Shown here piece after piece: positions 9,541 to 19,323 of a stretch of 64,000 nucleotides of DNA. Origin of the DNA: an uncultured Actinomycetes bacterium (GTDB taxonomy: Bacteria; Actinomycetota; UBA4738; HRBIN12); the NCBI GenBank assembly GCA_963716935.1, contig CAVQUN010000002.1, forward strand, positions 1,733 to 65,732, given 5' to 3'. The translations under genes were made by a program, and so were the position numbers. A model generated the notes under the pieces. That model saw only the letters and a list, made by a program, of their open reading frames with translations, was not told the origin of the DNA and searched no databases. The stretch's first letter is position 1, and every line of letters begins with the position of its first letter.

Positions 9541-10538
9541 CGAAACGCCGGGATCACGTCGCGGCCGAAGTCCTCGATGACGCCGGCCGGCCCGGGGTCC
9601 TCCTGCATCGAGTAGATGTTGAACTGCGTCATCCCGATGCCCTCGAGCTCGCGGAGCTTGGCCGTGCACTCCTCGAGCGTGCCGATCACGCAGAAGCGGT
9701 CGACGACCTCGTCCGTCACGAACCCGGCGTGCTCGGCGCCCGTCCGGCCGTGCTCGGCGTAGTCGTAGTGGTCGCGGGCCTTGATGTAGTCGGTGAGCGC
9801 CTCGGGCATCTCGGTCGTGCTGTAGCGCGTGACGAGGTCGACCACGTGATTGGACACGAGCGCCGGGAACCACCGAACCTGGTCGCGGGCCTTCTCGCGA
9901 TCCTCGGTGATGTAGGCCGGCGCGGCCACCTGGATCTCGATGTCCTCGAAGCGGCGCCCCGCCGCCTCGGCGCCCTCGCGCACGAAGCCGAGCGACCATT
10001 CCAGGATGTACGGGTCCGCGAGCTGCATGATGAGCCCGTCCGCAACGCGGCCGCAGGCGCGAAGCGCCTTCGGGCCGTAGGCGGCGATCCAGACCGGGAG
10101 GCGATGTCCCTCGCTCCACTTCAGCTGGAGCTCGGTCCCGTCGACGTCGACCTGTCTCCCCTCCGCGAGGTCCTTGATGAGCCGGCACGCCTCCTCGAGC
10201 CGGTCCACCGTGACCGGGGTCTTGCCGATCACCCGCCGCGCGCTGTCCCCGCGGCCGATCCCCATGTCCATCCTGCCGGCGGAGATCTCCTGCAGGGTCG
10301 CGAGGCCGCTCGCGGTCACGGTGATGTCGCGGGTGGCCGGGTTCGTGACGCACGGGCCCATCCGGACCCGCTCCGTGCCGGCCGCGACGAGCGCGAACGT
10401 CGCGTAGAACTCCTGCCACAGCACGTGTGAGTCCCACGCCCAGACGTAGTCGAACCCGTTGCGCTCGGCGAGCCTCGACCACTCCACGGTGCGCGAGACG
10501 GGCGGGTCCAGCATGAAGGTCACCCCGAACGACAGCAT
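9537..10538 (-). CDS. LLM-class (luciferase-like) F420-dependent oxidoreductase
   Basis: TIM-barrel LLM blocks (FDYVWAWDSH, VWIAAYGPKAL). Probable start at MLSFGVTF. Confidence 0.75.
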   Translation of the reverse strand: MLSFGVTFMLDPPVSRTVEWSRLAERNGFDYVWAWDSHVLWQEFYATFALVAAGTERVRMGPCVTNPATRDITVTASGLATLQEISAGRMDMGIGRGDSARRVIGKTPVTVDRLEEACRLIKDLAEGRQVDVDGTELQLKWSEGHRLPVWIAAYGPKALRACGRVADGLIMQLADPYILEWSLGFVREGAEAAGRRFEDIEIQVAAPAYITEDREKARDQVRWFPALVSNHVVDLVTRYSTTEMPEALTDYIKARDHYDYAEHGRTGAEHAGFVTDEVVDRFCVIGTLEECTAKLRELEGIGMTQFNIYSMQEDPGPAGVIEDFGRDVIPAFR

Positions 10539-10616
10539 GCGCGGCTCCTTGCGCTCAGAGGGTGCAGTCTGCCCCGCCCGAGGGCTCGGCGCCATCTCTG
10601 CGGCCGGACCGCCGGG

Positions 10617-11315
10617 CTACGCCGGCGGCGTGCCGCGCCGGTAGGGGGCCCGGAAGAACGCGTAGACGGGGGCCCCGGCCGGGAACATCCGGACGGTCGT
10701 GGCATGCGTCGGGTCGTTGACCGCGAGCGACATCGTCACGTCGTCGCGGCGCGGCCGGTTCGGGTCGTACAGCCGGAGCGTGAGAATGGTCCCGGCGCGC
10801 TCGTAGCCGTAGGCGAGGACCTGGTGGTTGTCGCCGAGGTCGAGGGGATCGATCGACTTGACCCGGACGAGGCCGAGCGGCGAGGGCGTGCCCTCGTCGA
10901 TGTCGCGGCGGATCTGGGGCCACTCCTGCGTGATCATGCGCCACGCTCGCCCGTGCGGCGCGAGACCGATCCGCGTGAGGAGCGAGTCGCCGTCGGAGAG
11001 CGCGGGGCTCATGAGCTGGAGGTACCGCGCGGGCCCGGACGGCAGGTCGAAGCTTACGAACAACCGTTCCACGAGGTAGTCGAACAGCGGCCCCTTGCTC
11101 GGCGGCTCCGAGTCCGCGGGTGGAGTTCGACCGGCCTCGAAGTAGTCGCGGACGGCGAATGTCATCCCACCGCACAGGCCGTTCGAGGCGTCGCCGATCG
11201 GCACGGTGATCACGCCCGGGATCCCGATCTGCCGGAGCGGTACGTGGGGGAAGACGTTGGGGAACCGAAACCCCGACGTGCTCGGGAGGAAGTTGGGAAC
11301 GACCCGAATGGTCAT
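10617..11315 (-). CDS. Hypothetical protein with a possible papain-like (C39/BtrH-like) Cys motif
   Basis: 232 aa from MTIRVVPNF. Motif QIGIPGVITVPIGDASNGLCGGMTFAV resembles the Q...CG catalytic block of C39-like peptidases. The N-terminal extension of the track ORF is antisense junk. Confidence 0.4.
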   Translation of the reverse strand: MTIRVVPNFLPSTSGFRFPNVFPHVPLRQIGIPGVITVPIGDASNGLCGGMTFAVRDYFEAGRTPPADSEPPSKGPLFDYLVERLFVSFDLPSGPARYLQLMSPALSDGDSLLTRIGLAPHGRAWRMITQEWPQIRRDIDEGTPSPLGLVRVKSIDPLDLGDNHQVLAYGYERAGTILTLRLYDPNRPRRDDVTMSLAVNDPTHATTVRMFPAGAPVYAFFRAPYRRGTPPA

Positions 11316-11357
11316 GGCGCGTCTCGACGATCCTGACGCGTCGCGCCCCGGCCGGCA

Positions 11358-12179
11358 ATGGGCGAGGCGCTCCCCCGAGGCCGGCCCGCTACGATGACCG
11401 GGCGGGAGGAGCCGGGCGTGGCGCATCCATTCGAGATCACGAAGGACCTGGAGGTCGCGGCGTCCCCGGACCTCGTCTGGGAGGCGATCGCCACCGGCCC
11501 CGGGCTGGACTCCTGGTTCATGGGCCGGAACACGATCGAGCCGCGCGAGGGCGGTCGCGTGACGTTCAGCATCGGCGACTTCACCGAGGAGGCGACCGCC
11601 ACCGTCTGGGAGCCGCCGACGCGATTCGCGAGCTCGGGCACCCCGGCGCCGGACGGCGCGGTGCACCAGTTCGAGTACCGGCTCGAGGAGCGGACCCCGG
11701 GCCGCACGACGATCCGGTACGTGCACAGCGGCATGCTCGGCGATGACTGGGAGGCCGAGTACGAGGCGATGAGCGAGGGCGACCCGATGTATCTGCACAA
11801 GCTCGTGCAGTACGTCACGTACTTCCCCGGCCGGTTCGCGAAGTCCGTCGAGGCGTTCGGACCGCGCGTCCCCGACCGCGAGCGGGCGATGGCCGGGTTC
11901 CGGCGAGCGCTCGGGCTCGGCGACGGGGTCGCCGACGGCGATCGGGTCCGCCTCGAGCCGCAGGGGCTGCCGGCGATCGACGGCGTCGTGGACTACGTGT
12001 CCCCCCACTTCCTCGGCCTGCGAACGGACGACGCGCTGTACCGGTTCATCCACGGGTTCGAGGGGACCGTCCTCGTCGGGCATCACCTGTTCGCGGACGG
12101 GGTCGATCGCGACGAGGCCGAGGCCGCCTGGCGAACCTGGCTCGCTGACGCGTTCGCGGCCGAGGCCGCGGAGGCCTAG
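11358..12179 (+). CDS. SRPBCC / AHSA1 (activator of Hsp90 ATPase-like) family protein
   Basis: PFEITKDLEVAASPDLVWEAI... typical AHSA1 N-terminus. True start may be the internal M at about 11394. Confidence 0.65.
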   Translation: MGEALPRGRPATMTGREEPGVAHPFEITKDLEVAASPDLVWEAIATGPGLDSWFMGRNTIEPREGGRVTFSIGDFTEEATATVWEPPTRFASSGTPAPDGAVHQFEYRLEERTPGRTTIRYVHSGMLGDDWEAEYEAMSEGDPMYLHKLVQYVTYFPGRFAKSVEAFGPRVPDRERAMAGFRRALGLGDGVADGDRVRLEPQGLPAIDGVVDYVSPHFLGLRTDDALYRFIHGFEGTVLVGHHLFADGVDRDEAEAAWRTWLADAFAAEAAEA

Positions 12180-12211
12180 TCGCGCGTCGCCGAACGCGAA
12201 CCCGAGCGTCC

Positions 12212-13030
12212 ATGGCCCCCACGCGATCCTCGTCCACCGACCCGCGAGACCGGGATCGGGCTCGCGTCGCGCGTCTGCTGAAGGCGCACGCGCCTCCGGA
12301 TTGGGAGCGGCGATTCCGCAGGGACGAGCTCCTCGACGCCGTGATCGACGGCGAGCCGATCCAGATGTTCGTCATGGCCGCGGACATCCGTGAGTCGACG
12401 ACGCTCATGAAGGAGGCGGTCCGCTTCGAGCGGTTCGCGCTCGTCATGGACAAGTTCGTCTCCTCCGTGCGGCGAGGGATCCGAGGCTCGGGTGGGTGGT
12501 TCGACAAGTTCACGGGGGACGGGTTCCTGGCCTACTGGATCGTGCAGGCGGCGGACCCGAAGGAGTACGAGGAGCGCTTCGTCCAGACGACCGGCGACAT
12601 CGCCCACACGGCGCACACGCTGATCGACCTGTTCCACCGTCGCGTCCTCGAGGACTTCCGCAGCAACTCCCGGAACCTGTCGGCGGGCGTCGGGCTGTCG
12701 ATGGGGCTGGACGCCGGACCGGCCTACCTCGTGAAGATCGCCGACGAGCTCACGATCGTCGGCTCGCCCGTGGTCGGCGCGGTGCGCATGGTCACCGCGG
12801 CGGCGCTGCCGCAGGAGATCGTCGCGAACGTGTACCTCGGCGAGCGCCTGCGAGACGAGCAGGACGGCGTCTACCGGGCGCTCGACGTCACGGTCACCCG
12901 CGAGTTCCGGCCCACGAAGGAGTACCCGCGGGGCCAGGAGGTCTACGCACTGACGTTCGACGAGGGCGGCGAGCTCGAACCCCCGGACGAGATCGAGGAT
13001 TCGGTTCAGGGCTCTCCCGAGCCCGACTGA
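12212..13030 (+). CDS. Stand-alone class III nucleotidyl (adenylyl/guanylyl-type) cyclase domain protein
   Basis: QMFVMAADIRESTTLM (first metal Asp) and DKFTGDGFLAYW (second metal Asp, TGDG motif). The canonical Asn/Arg transition-state pair is not evident. Confidence 0.6.
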   Translation: MAPTRSSSTDPRDRDRARVARLLKAHAPPDWERRFRRDELLDAVIDGEPIQMFVMAADIRESTTLMKEAVRFERFALVMDKFVSSVRRGIRGSGGWFDKFTGDGFLAYWIVQAADPKEYEERFVQTTGDIAHTAHTLIDLFHRRVLEDFRSNSRNLSAGVGLSMGLDAGPAYLVKIADELTIVGSPVVGAVRMVTAAALPQEIVANVYLGERLRDEQDGVYRALDVTVTREFRPTKEYPRGQEVYALTFDEGGELEPPDEIEDSVQGSPEPD

Positions 13031-13232
13031 CCATCGTCGAGACCATCGCGCCGGCGTCCGACGCGTTGCGTAGGGTGTCCGGCCCAGACCGGTGTCGTGC
13101 GCCCGGCCGGAGCCCGTCGCATCGTCGTAGGGCATGTTGGCCGCGGCCGGGAAGACGATTCCCCGCGACCGCCGTCGATGACAGGATCTCGAAGGTGAGC
13201 CGGCCACCTGCCTCGACGAGACACGTTTCCGC

Positions 13233-14582
13233 GTGAGTCGCCGCTCGCGCCCTCCCGGCCCCCTGCGGCGCCGCGACTTCTTCCTCGTCTACGTCGCCGC
13301 GACGATCTCGGTGGTGGGGGACCGATTCGCGTTCGTCGCGCTCCCGTTCGCCATCCTCGCCGCCTCGGGCAGCCTCGCCGACGTCGGCCTCGTCGTCGCC
13401 GCGGAGGCGGCCGCGCGGGGAGTGTTCTTGCTCTTCGGCGGGGTGATGGCGGACCGCCTGCGCCGCTCCCGCGTGATGGTGGCCGCGGACCTCGTCCGGG
13501 CCGGCTGCCAGGCGGCGCTCGCCGCCCTGGTCCTTTCCGGGCACGCCTCGCTGCCCGCGCTCGTGGCCCTGCAGGCCGTGCACGGCGCGGCGTCGGCGTT
13601 CTTCGACCCCGCGTCGACGGGCCTGGTGGCGGAGGTGGTTCCGTCGGAGGAGCTCCAGGCCGCCAACGCGCAGCTGTCGATCAGCCGCGGCCTCGCCACC
13701 ATCGCCGGGCCGGTCCTGGCGGGGTTCCTCATCGTGGTGTTCAACCCCGGCGTGGCCCTCGCCGTGGACGCCGCGAGCTTCGTCGTGAGCGCGGGCTTCC
13801 TCCTGTTCGTCCCGAGTCGCGCTCGCGTGCGCGAGTCGGGTTCCGACGAGCAGGGAGTCCTCGCCGACCTGCGCGCGGGATTCGTGGAGCTCCGGTCTCG
13901 TCCGTGGCTGGTGATGATCATGGTCGCGTCGGGCATCTCGCTGATGGCGATCCTCGGGACGCTGTTCGTGCTGGGTCCGGCCGTCGCGAGCCGGTCGCTC
14001 GGCGGCGCCGACTCGTGGGGGCTCGTGGTCGGCGCGTTCGGGCTCGGAAGCGTGGCCGGCGGGGTCGTCGCCCTGCGGGTCCCAGCCCATCGGCAGCTGC
14101 GGGCGATCTTCTCCGTGGCGCTCGTCACGGTTCCCGGGATCCTCCTGCTCGCCGTCCCCGCGCAGATCGCCATCATCGCGGCCGCCATGCTCGCGGCGGG
14201 GATCGCGATGACCTACGCGGGGACGGTGTACGAGGTCGTCCTCCAGCAGTGGATCCCGTCCGCCGTCCTCGCCCGCGTGGCCTCGTACGACTGGCTCGTG
14301 ACCACGGTGCTCAGCTCGGTCGGGTTGGTGCTCGCGGGTCGTCTCGCCGAGCTGATCGGTGTTCGTCGGACGCTCATCGGCGCGGCGGCGACGGTGACGA
14401 TCGCCGCCATCGTGTCCCTCCTGTCGCCCTCCGTCCGCCGGGCCGACGCCGAGCACGCGCGCTCGGCGCTCGGGTCGGCGATCGAACCGGAGACCATCGT
14501 CGTTCTTCCCGACCCGCCCGGCATGGCCGAGCCCGTCCTGGCGCTGCCCGATCCGCCTCCGGCGTTCGCTCGTCCGGACTGA
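13233..14582 (+). CDS. MFS transporter
   Basis: 449 aa, about 12 TM segments. Conserved loop GGVMADRLRRSRV between TM2 and TM3. Confidence 0.85.
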   Translation: MSRRSRPPGPLRRRDFFLVYVAATISVVGDRFAFVALPFAILAASGSLADVGLVVAAEAAARGVFLLFGGVMADRLRRSRVMVAADLVRAGCQAALAALVLSGHASLPALVALQAVHGAASAFFDPASTGLVAEVVPSEELQAANAQLSISRGLATIAGPVLAGFLIVVFNPGVALAVDAASFVVSAGFLLFVPSRARVRESGSDEQGVLADLRAGFVELRSRPWLVMIMVASGISLMAILGTLFVLGPAVASRSLGGADSWGLVVGAFGLGSVAGGVVALRVPAHRQLRAIFSVALVTVPGILLLAVPAQIAIIAAAMLAAGIAMTYAGTVYEVVLQQWIPSAVLARVASYDWLVTTVLSSVGLVLAGRLAELIGVRRTLIGAAATVTIAAIVSLLSPSVRRADAEHARSALGSAIEPETIVVLPDPPGMAEPVLALPDPPPAFARPD

Positions 14583-14676
14583 ACCACCCGATCGAGAAGG
14601 CGCGGTCCGCGCCGTGGGTGTGCCGGTCAGAACCCGGCTCCGACGCTAGCCTGAGGGTGAACCCTCGGGGCCGGGC

Positions 14677-15588
14677 ATGGCGAACGCGATCCGAACCGAA
14701 GACCTGTCGAAGACGTTCGGGAAGACCCGGGCTCTGATCTCCTTGAACTTGGAGGTCCCCGAGGGAGAGGTCATCGGGTACCTCGGGCCGAACGGTGCCG
14801 GGAAGACCACCACCATCCGTCTGCTCCTCGGCCTGATGAACGCAACGCGCGGCCGGGCCGAGATCTTCGGGATCGACGCGCAGGCCCATCCCGTCGAGGC
14901 CCATCGGCGGGTCGCCTACGTGCCCGGCGAGGTGAGCCTGTGGCCCTCGCTCACCGGGACCGAGACGCTGCACCTGCTCGGGCGCGTGCAGGGTCGGGTG
15001 GACACCGCGTACCGCGACCTGCTGCTCGAGCGCTTCGAGTTCGACCCGTCCAAGAAGGTCCGGACGTACTCGAAGGGCAACCGCCAGAAGCTGATCCTCA
15101 TCGCGGGGCTGATGACGAGGGCCGACCTGCTGCTCCTCGACGAGCCGACGAGCGGTCTCGACCCGCTGATGGAGCGGGCGTTCCGCGAGTGCGTCGAGGA
15201 GGCCCGGGAGCGCCGGCAGACCGTGTTCCTGTCCTCCCACATCCTGTCCGAGGTCGAGGCGCTCTGCGATCGCATCGCGATCCTGCGCGCCGGTCGCCTC
15301 GTGGAGGTCGGGACGCTCGCCGACATGCGGCACCTCTCGGCGCTGCAGATCGATGCCGAGATGGAGGGCTCGATCCCCGACCTGTCGGCGATCCCCGGGG
15401 TGAGCGCCGTCGAGGTCGACGGAAGCCGCCTCCGCTGCCAGGTCGTCGGCCCGGTCGAGCCGGTGCTCCGCGTCCTGGCCGACGCCGGCGTTCGTCACCT
15501 CGTCAGCAGGGAGCCGTCGCTCGAGGAGCTGTTCCTGGCCCACTACGGCGCCGACGGGTCGCACGGGGAGGTTCCCGATGCCTCGTAA
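14677..15588 (+). CDS. ABC transporter ATP-binding protein
   Basis: Walker A GPNGAGKTT, signature YSKGNRQKL, Walker B LLLLDEPTSGLD. Confidence 0.9.
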   Translation: MANAIRTEDLSKTFGKTRALISLNLEVPEGEVIGYLGPNGAGKTTTIRLLLGLMNATRGRAEIFGIDAQAHPVEAHRRVAYVPGEVSLWPSLTGTETLHLLGRVQGRVDTAYRDLLLERFEFDPSKKVRTYSKGNRQKLILIAGLMTRADLLLLDEPTSGLDPLMERAFRECVEEARERRQTVFLSSHILSEVEALCDRIAILRAGRLVEVGTLADMRHLSALQIDAEMEGSIPDLSAIPGVSAVEVDGSRLRCQVVGPVEPVLRVLADAGVRHLVSREPSLEELFLAHYGADGSHGEVPDAS

Positions 15589-17212
15589 CGACGTGTACGG
15601 CGAGCGCCGCGCCTCGAGGGTGGTGGCGGTCATCACCGCGCGGCGAGCGGGGCTCCCGGGGCTCCTGTGGGGGCTCGTCTTCGGGGCGACGATCGCGTCG
15701 TCGGCCTCCGTGTACGCCTCCACGTTCCCCACCGCGTCCTCGCGGGCGCAGCTGGCGCTCGCGTTCGAGGGGAACACGGCGTGGGAGGCCCTGTTCGGCA
15801 CCATTCGCCGGATCGACACGGTGGCCGGGTACACCGCCTACAAGTCGTCGATGTTCGCGATGATCCTCGGCTCGATCTGGGGGCTCCTGGTCGCGACCCG
15901 GCTCCTGCGGGGCGAGGAGGATGCGGGCAGGTGGGAGCTGTTCCTGTCCGGGCACACGACCCGCGCGCGAGCGGTCCTGCAGGCGGCCGCCGGGCTCGGC
16001 GTGGGCGTCGTCGCCCTGTGGGTCCCCACGGCCATCCTCACCGCCGGCGTCGGTGCGTCCTCGAGCGTGAACATCGGGGTCGGGGCGTCATTGTTCTTCG
16101 CCACGGCGATCGTGGCCGCCGCCGCGATGTTCATGGCGATCGGCATGCTCGTCGGTCAGGTGGCCGCCAGCCGCAGGGATGCCAACCTGGTCGGCGCCGG
16201 CATCCTCGCCGCCTCGTACCTGATCAGGATGGCCGCCGACTCGGACCCCGGGCTCGGGTGGCTCCGCTGGGCGAGCCCGCTCGGCTGGATCGAGGAGCTG
16301 CAGCCCCTGACCGGTTCGCGGCCGCTGGGGTTCGTTCCGATCCTCGCCCTCGTGGGGGTGCTCGTGGCGCTCGCGGTGCTGATCGGGAGCCGGCGGGACG
16401 TGGGGGCGGGAGCGCTCGCCGTCCGCGACGCGCCGAGGCCGCGCACCCTCCTGCTCGGGGGCCAGGCCGGACTGACCATCCGCCTCACCCGTCCGACGAT
16501 CACGGCATGGATCTTGGCGCTGGCCGCGACCGGACTGGTGTTCGGCCTCGTCGCCCAGGCGGCGGGGAGCGCGCTGCAGGGGGCGAGCGGCGTGGAGGAG
16601 GCGATCGCCCGGCTGGGAGGGACCATTGCCGGAGCGGCGACGTACCTCGGGTTCGTCTTCGTCGTGGCGGCCGGGCTGATGTCGATCGCGGTGGCCGGTC
16701 AGGTCGCGGCGATCCGCAACGAGGAGTCGGCCGGGCATCTGGAGAACCTGCTCGTCCGTCCGGTGGCGCGTTGGCGGTGGCTGACGTTCCGGCTGGGTGT
16801 CGGTCTTGCGCTCGTCGTCGTCGCGAGCGTGCTCGCCGGGCTCGCCGCGTGGGTCGGCGCGACGAGTCAGCACGCCGGCGTCGGCCTCGGCGACCTCCTC
16901 GAGGCGGGACTGAACGTCGTTCCCCCGGCGGTGTTCGTGCTCGGGATCGGCGCCCTCGCGTTCGGCCTGTGGCCGCGGGGGGCGATCGGGGTCGCGTACG
17001 GGCTCGTCGTCTGGTCGTTCCTCGTCGAGACCATCGCGGCGGTCTTCGACTCCAACCACTGGCTGCGCGACACGTCGCCGCTGCTGCACATCACGCCGGT
17101 GCCTGCCGCCGACCCGAACTGGACGGCCGCCGCCTGGCTCGTCGGGCTTGGGCTGCTCGCCGCCGCGGTGGGCGTCGCGGCGTTCGATCGGCGTGACCTG
17201 GTAGGGGCGTAG
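15578..17212 (+). CDS. ABC-2 type transporter permease
   Basis: 544 aa polytopic membrane protein. 11-nt overlap with the preceding ATPase gene. Confidence 0.8.
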   Translation: MPRNDVYGERRASRVVAVITARRAGLPGLLWGLVFGATIASSASVYASTFPTASSRAQLALAFEGNTAWEALFGTIRRIDTVAGYTAYKSSMFAMILGSIWGLLVATRLLRGEEDAGRWELFLSGHTTRARAVLQAAAGLGVGVVALWVPTAILTAGVGASSSVNIGVGASLFFATAIVAAAAMFMAIGMLVGQVAASRRDANLVGAGILAASYLIRMAADSDPGLGWLRWASPLGWIEELQPLTGSRPLGFVPILALVGVLVALAVLIGSRRDVGAGALAVRDAPRPRTLLLGGQAGLTIRLTRPTITAWILALAATGLVFGLVAQAAGSALQGASGVEEAIARLGGTIAGAATYLGFVFVVAAGLMSIAVAGQVAAIRNEESAGHLENLLVRPVARWRWLTFRLGVGLALVVVASVLAGLAAWVGATSQHAGVGLGDLLEAGLNVVPPAVFVLGIGALAFGLWPRGAIGVAYGLVVWSFLVETIAAVFDSNHWLRDTSPLLHITPVPAADPNWTAAAWLVGLGLLAAAVGVAAFDRRDLVGA

Positions 17213-17256
17213 GTGCCGGGTCGGCGGGTTACGCACGTCCGGGGGCGATCGGTCGC

Positions 17257-18513
17257 ATGAGTACCATGCGGAACGTGAACGCCGCGCACCACCCACGCCT
17301 GGTCGCGGTCTCCGAGGACGCCCGCGTCACGCCGATCGAGCTGTTCTTCGACCTCGTGTTCGTGTTCGCGATCACGCAGGTCACGGCGCTCATGGCCGCC
17401 GACCTCACAGGGCGCGGCGTGCTGCGCGGGCTCCTCGTCCTCGCGCTTCTGTGGTGGTGCTGGGTGGGGTTCGCGTGGCTCGGCAACGTGGTGCGGGCCG
17501 ACGAGGGCGTCGGCCGCGTGGCGATGTTCGGCGCGATGGCGGCGATGTTCGTCCTCGCGCTCTCGGTGCCCGAGGCGTTCGACGACCTGCCCGGAGGCCT
17601 GAACGGACCGGTCGTCCTCGCGCTCGCCTACCTGGCCGTGCGCCTGCTGCACCTCGGGATCTTCTGGCTTGCCGCGGCCGACGATCCCGGGCTGCGGAGG
17701 CAACTGCTGCGCTTCGTGCCGAGCGTGTTCGGCGGCACGGCGCTCCTGCTGGTGGCGTCGCAGCTGGAGGGCCGCGCGCAGACCATCGCCTGGGCAGCGG
17801 CCCTCGTCGCCGACTACGTCGGCACGATCCTTGCCGGCGCGTCGGGGTGGCGCCTTTCCTCCGCGTCCCACTTCGCGGAGCGGCACGGCCTGATCGTGAT
17901 CATCGCGCTCGGCGAGTCGATCGTGGCGATCGGCGTGGGGGTGGGGCACCTGCCGATCTCGACGCCGACCCTCGCGGCGTCGGTGCTCGGGCTCGCGCTC
18001 GCGGGGACGCTCTGGTGGGCCTACTTCGACGTGGTGTCGCTCATCGCCGAGCGCACCTTGCGCGCCCTTTCGGGCGAGGCGCGCACGCGGCTCGCCCGCG
18101 ACGCCTACAGCTACCTCCACCTCCCGATGATCGCGGGGATCGTGCTGCTGGCGCTCGGCCTGAAGGAGGTGCAGGCCTTCGTCGGCGGCGCCGAGGGCCA
18201 CACGCTCAGCGACGCGCTCCCCGCCCTTTCGATCTCGGCGATGTACGGAGGCGTCGCGCTGTTCCTGCTCGCGCATGTCGCCTTCGCCTGGCGAGCGGAG
18301 CGGGTGATCAAGGTGCAGCGGATCGCGGTCGCGCTCCTCGCCCTCGCGCTCATCCCGGTGGCCGCGCGGCTGCCGGCGCTCGGCGCCCTGGGGTTGATCA
18401 CCGCCATCATGGTCGTGATGATCGCGGGGGAGTCGATTCGGTTCTCCGAGGCCCGCGAGCGGATCCGGCACGAGGACGACGAGGCCCCGGCGCTCGGGCG
18501 GACGATCAGGTAG
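17257..18513 (+). CDS. Low temperature requirement A (LtrA) family membrane protein
   Basis: ELFFDLVFVFAITQ signature at the N-terminus. Multi-pass membrane protein. Confidence 0.75.
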   Translation: MSTMRNVNAAHHPRLVAVSEDARVTPIELFFDLVFVFAITQVTALMAADLTGRGVLRGLLVLALLWWCWVGFAWLGNVVRADEGVGRVAMFGAMAAMFVLALSVPEAFDDLPGGLNGPVVLALAYLAVRLLHLGIFWLAAADDPGLRRQLLRFVPSVFGGTALLLVASQLEGRAQTIAWAAALVADYVGTILAGASGWRLSSASHFAERHGLIVIIALGESIVAIGVGVGHLPISTPTLAASVLGLALAGTLWWAYFDVVSLIAERTLRALSGEARTRLARDAYSYLHLPMIAGIVLLALGLKEVQAFVGGAEGHTLSDALPALSISAMYGGVALFLLAHVAFAWRAERVIKVQRIAVALLALALIPVAARLPALGALGLITAIMVVMIAGESIRFSEARERIRHEDDEAPALGRTIR

Positions 18514-18660
18514 TCATTCGCTCGTCGTTTGCTCGGAAAGCCCAGGCCCGGGGAGAGCCCGCCCCTACGTCGCGTGCAGGTTGACAGTCGGAGGGCACCA
18601 TCGCTTAATGCACCGCGAGCCGGATCGGACCGCGGCCCGGCTCGGGGAGAGAGGACCGGC

Positions 18661-19116
18661 GTGAAGAGCTCGAACGGTTCGAGGTTCCGGTGGCTAGCGT
18701 TCGTCGGGCTGATCGGAGCGGTGGCGGCGGCGGGGCTGCCTCCGTCCGCGGCCGTCGGAGGCATGTCCTGCCGAGGACAGCAGGCCACGATCGTCGGGAC
18801 GACCGGCGACGACGTCCTGACGGGCACCCGTGGCCCCGACGTGATCGCGGGGCTCGGCGGCGACGACGAGATCGACTCCCTCATGGGCGATGACCTCATC
18901 TGCGCCGGACCTGGGCACGATGACGTCAAGGCTGGGCCTGGTGCGGACAAGGTCTCCGGACAGGGCGGCGCCGACTCGCTCGCGGGAAACGGCGGGCCGG
19001 ACACGCTCCGAGGGGGCCTGGGAGCGGATGCTCTCGATGGCGGCGGCGGCATGGACGTCTGCCGCGGCGGATCGACGACGGCCTGCGAGTCCGTAGCGAC
19101 GCTCGCGCAGACCTGA
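18661..19116 (+). CDS. Secreted protein with hemolysin-type (RTX) calcium-binding repeats
   Basis: GTG start after GGGAGAGAGG. Signal-like FRWLAFVGLIGAVAAAG. Repeated GxGxDx nonapeptides (GTTGDDVLTGTRGPDVIAGLGGDDEIDS...). Confidence 0.6.
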   Translation: MKSSNGSRFRWLAFVGLIGAVAAAGLPPSAAVGGMSCRGQQATIVGTTGDDVLTGTRGPDVIAGLGGDDEIDSLMGDDLICAGPGHDDVKAGPGADKVSGQGGADSLAGNGGPDTLRGGLGADALDGGGGMDVCRGGSTTACESVATLAQT

Positions 19117-19225
19117 CGGCGCGGGCCGCTTTGGTTCTGTTCATCCATCGAGTGCATCGTCGCGCCCCGCCTCGAGGGAGTGTGGTTCTCACCCAGGCCG
19201 CGGGACTCATCCGTGGTTCGTCGCG

Positions 19226-19270
19226 AGTAGTCCCAACGGGGTTCGAACCCGTGTCTCCACCTTGAGAGGG
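19226..19270 (-). repeat. tRNA-Glu 3'-end fragment (about 45 nt): distal att-type direct repeat, outer boundary of the composite island
   Basis: GTAGTCCCAACGGGGTTCGAACCCGTGTCTCCACCTTGAGAGGGT matches the 3' half of the intact tRNA at 38121-38196. The 5' half is not present. Confidence 0.8.
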
Positions 19271-19323
19271 TTAACCCAACTGGCCTCGTCAAGGCGACGA
19301 GCGCCGTACCCGTGACCTTTCGC

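Noticed and set aside
12212-14582. Reading the cyclase and downstream gene as a Pycsar/CBASS-type defence operon
   Set aside because: The downstream gene is a normal 12-TM MFS transporter separated by about 200 nt. It is not a 2-TM, TIR or effector protein. No operonic coupling, so the locus is reported only as an orphan cyclase.
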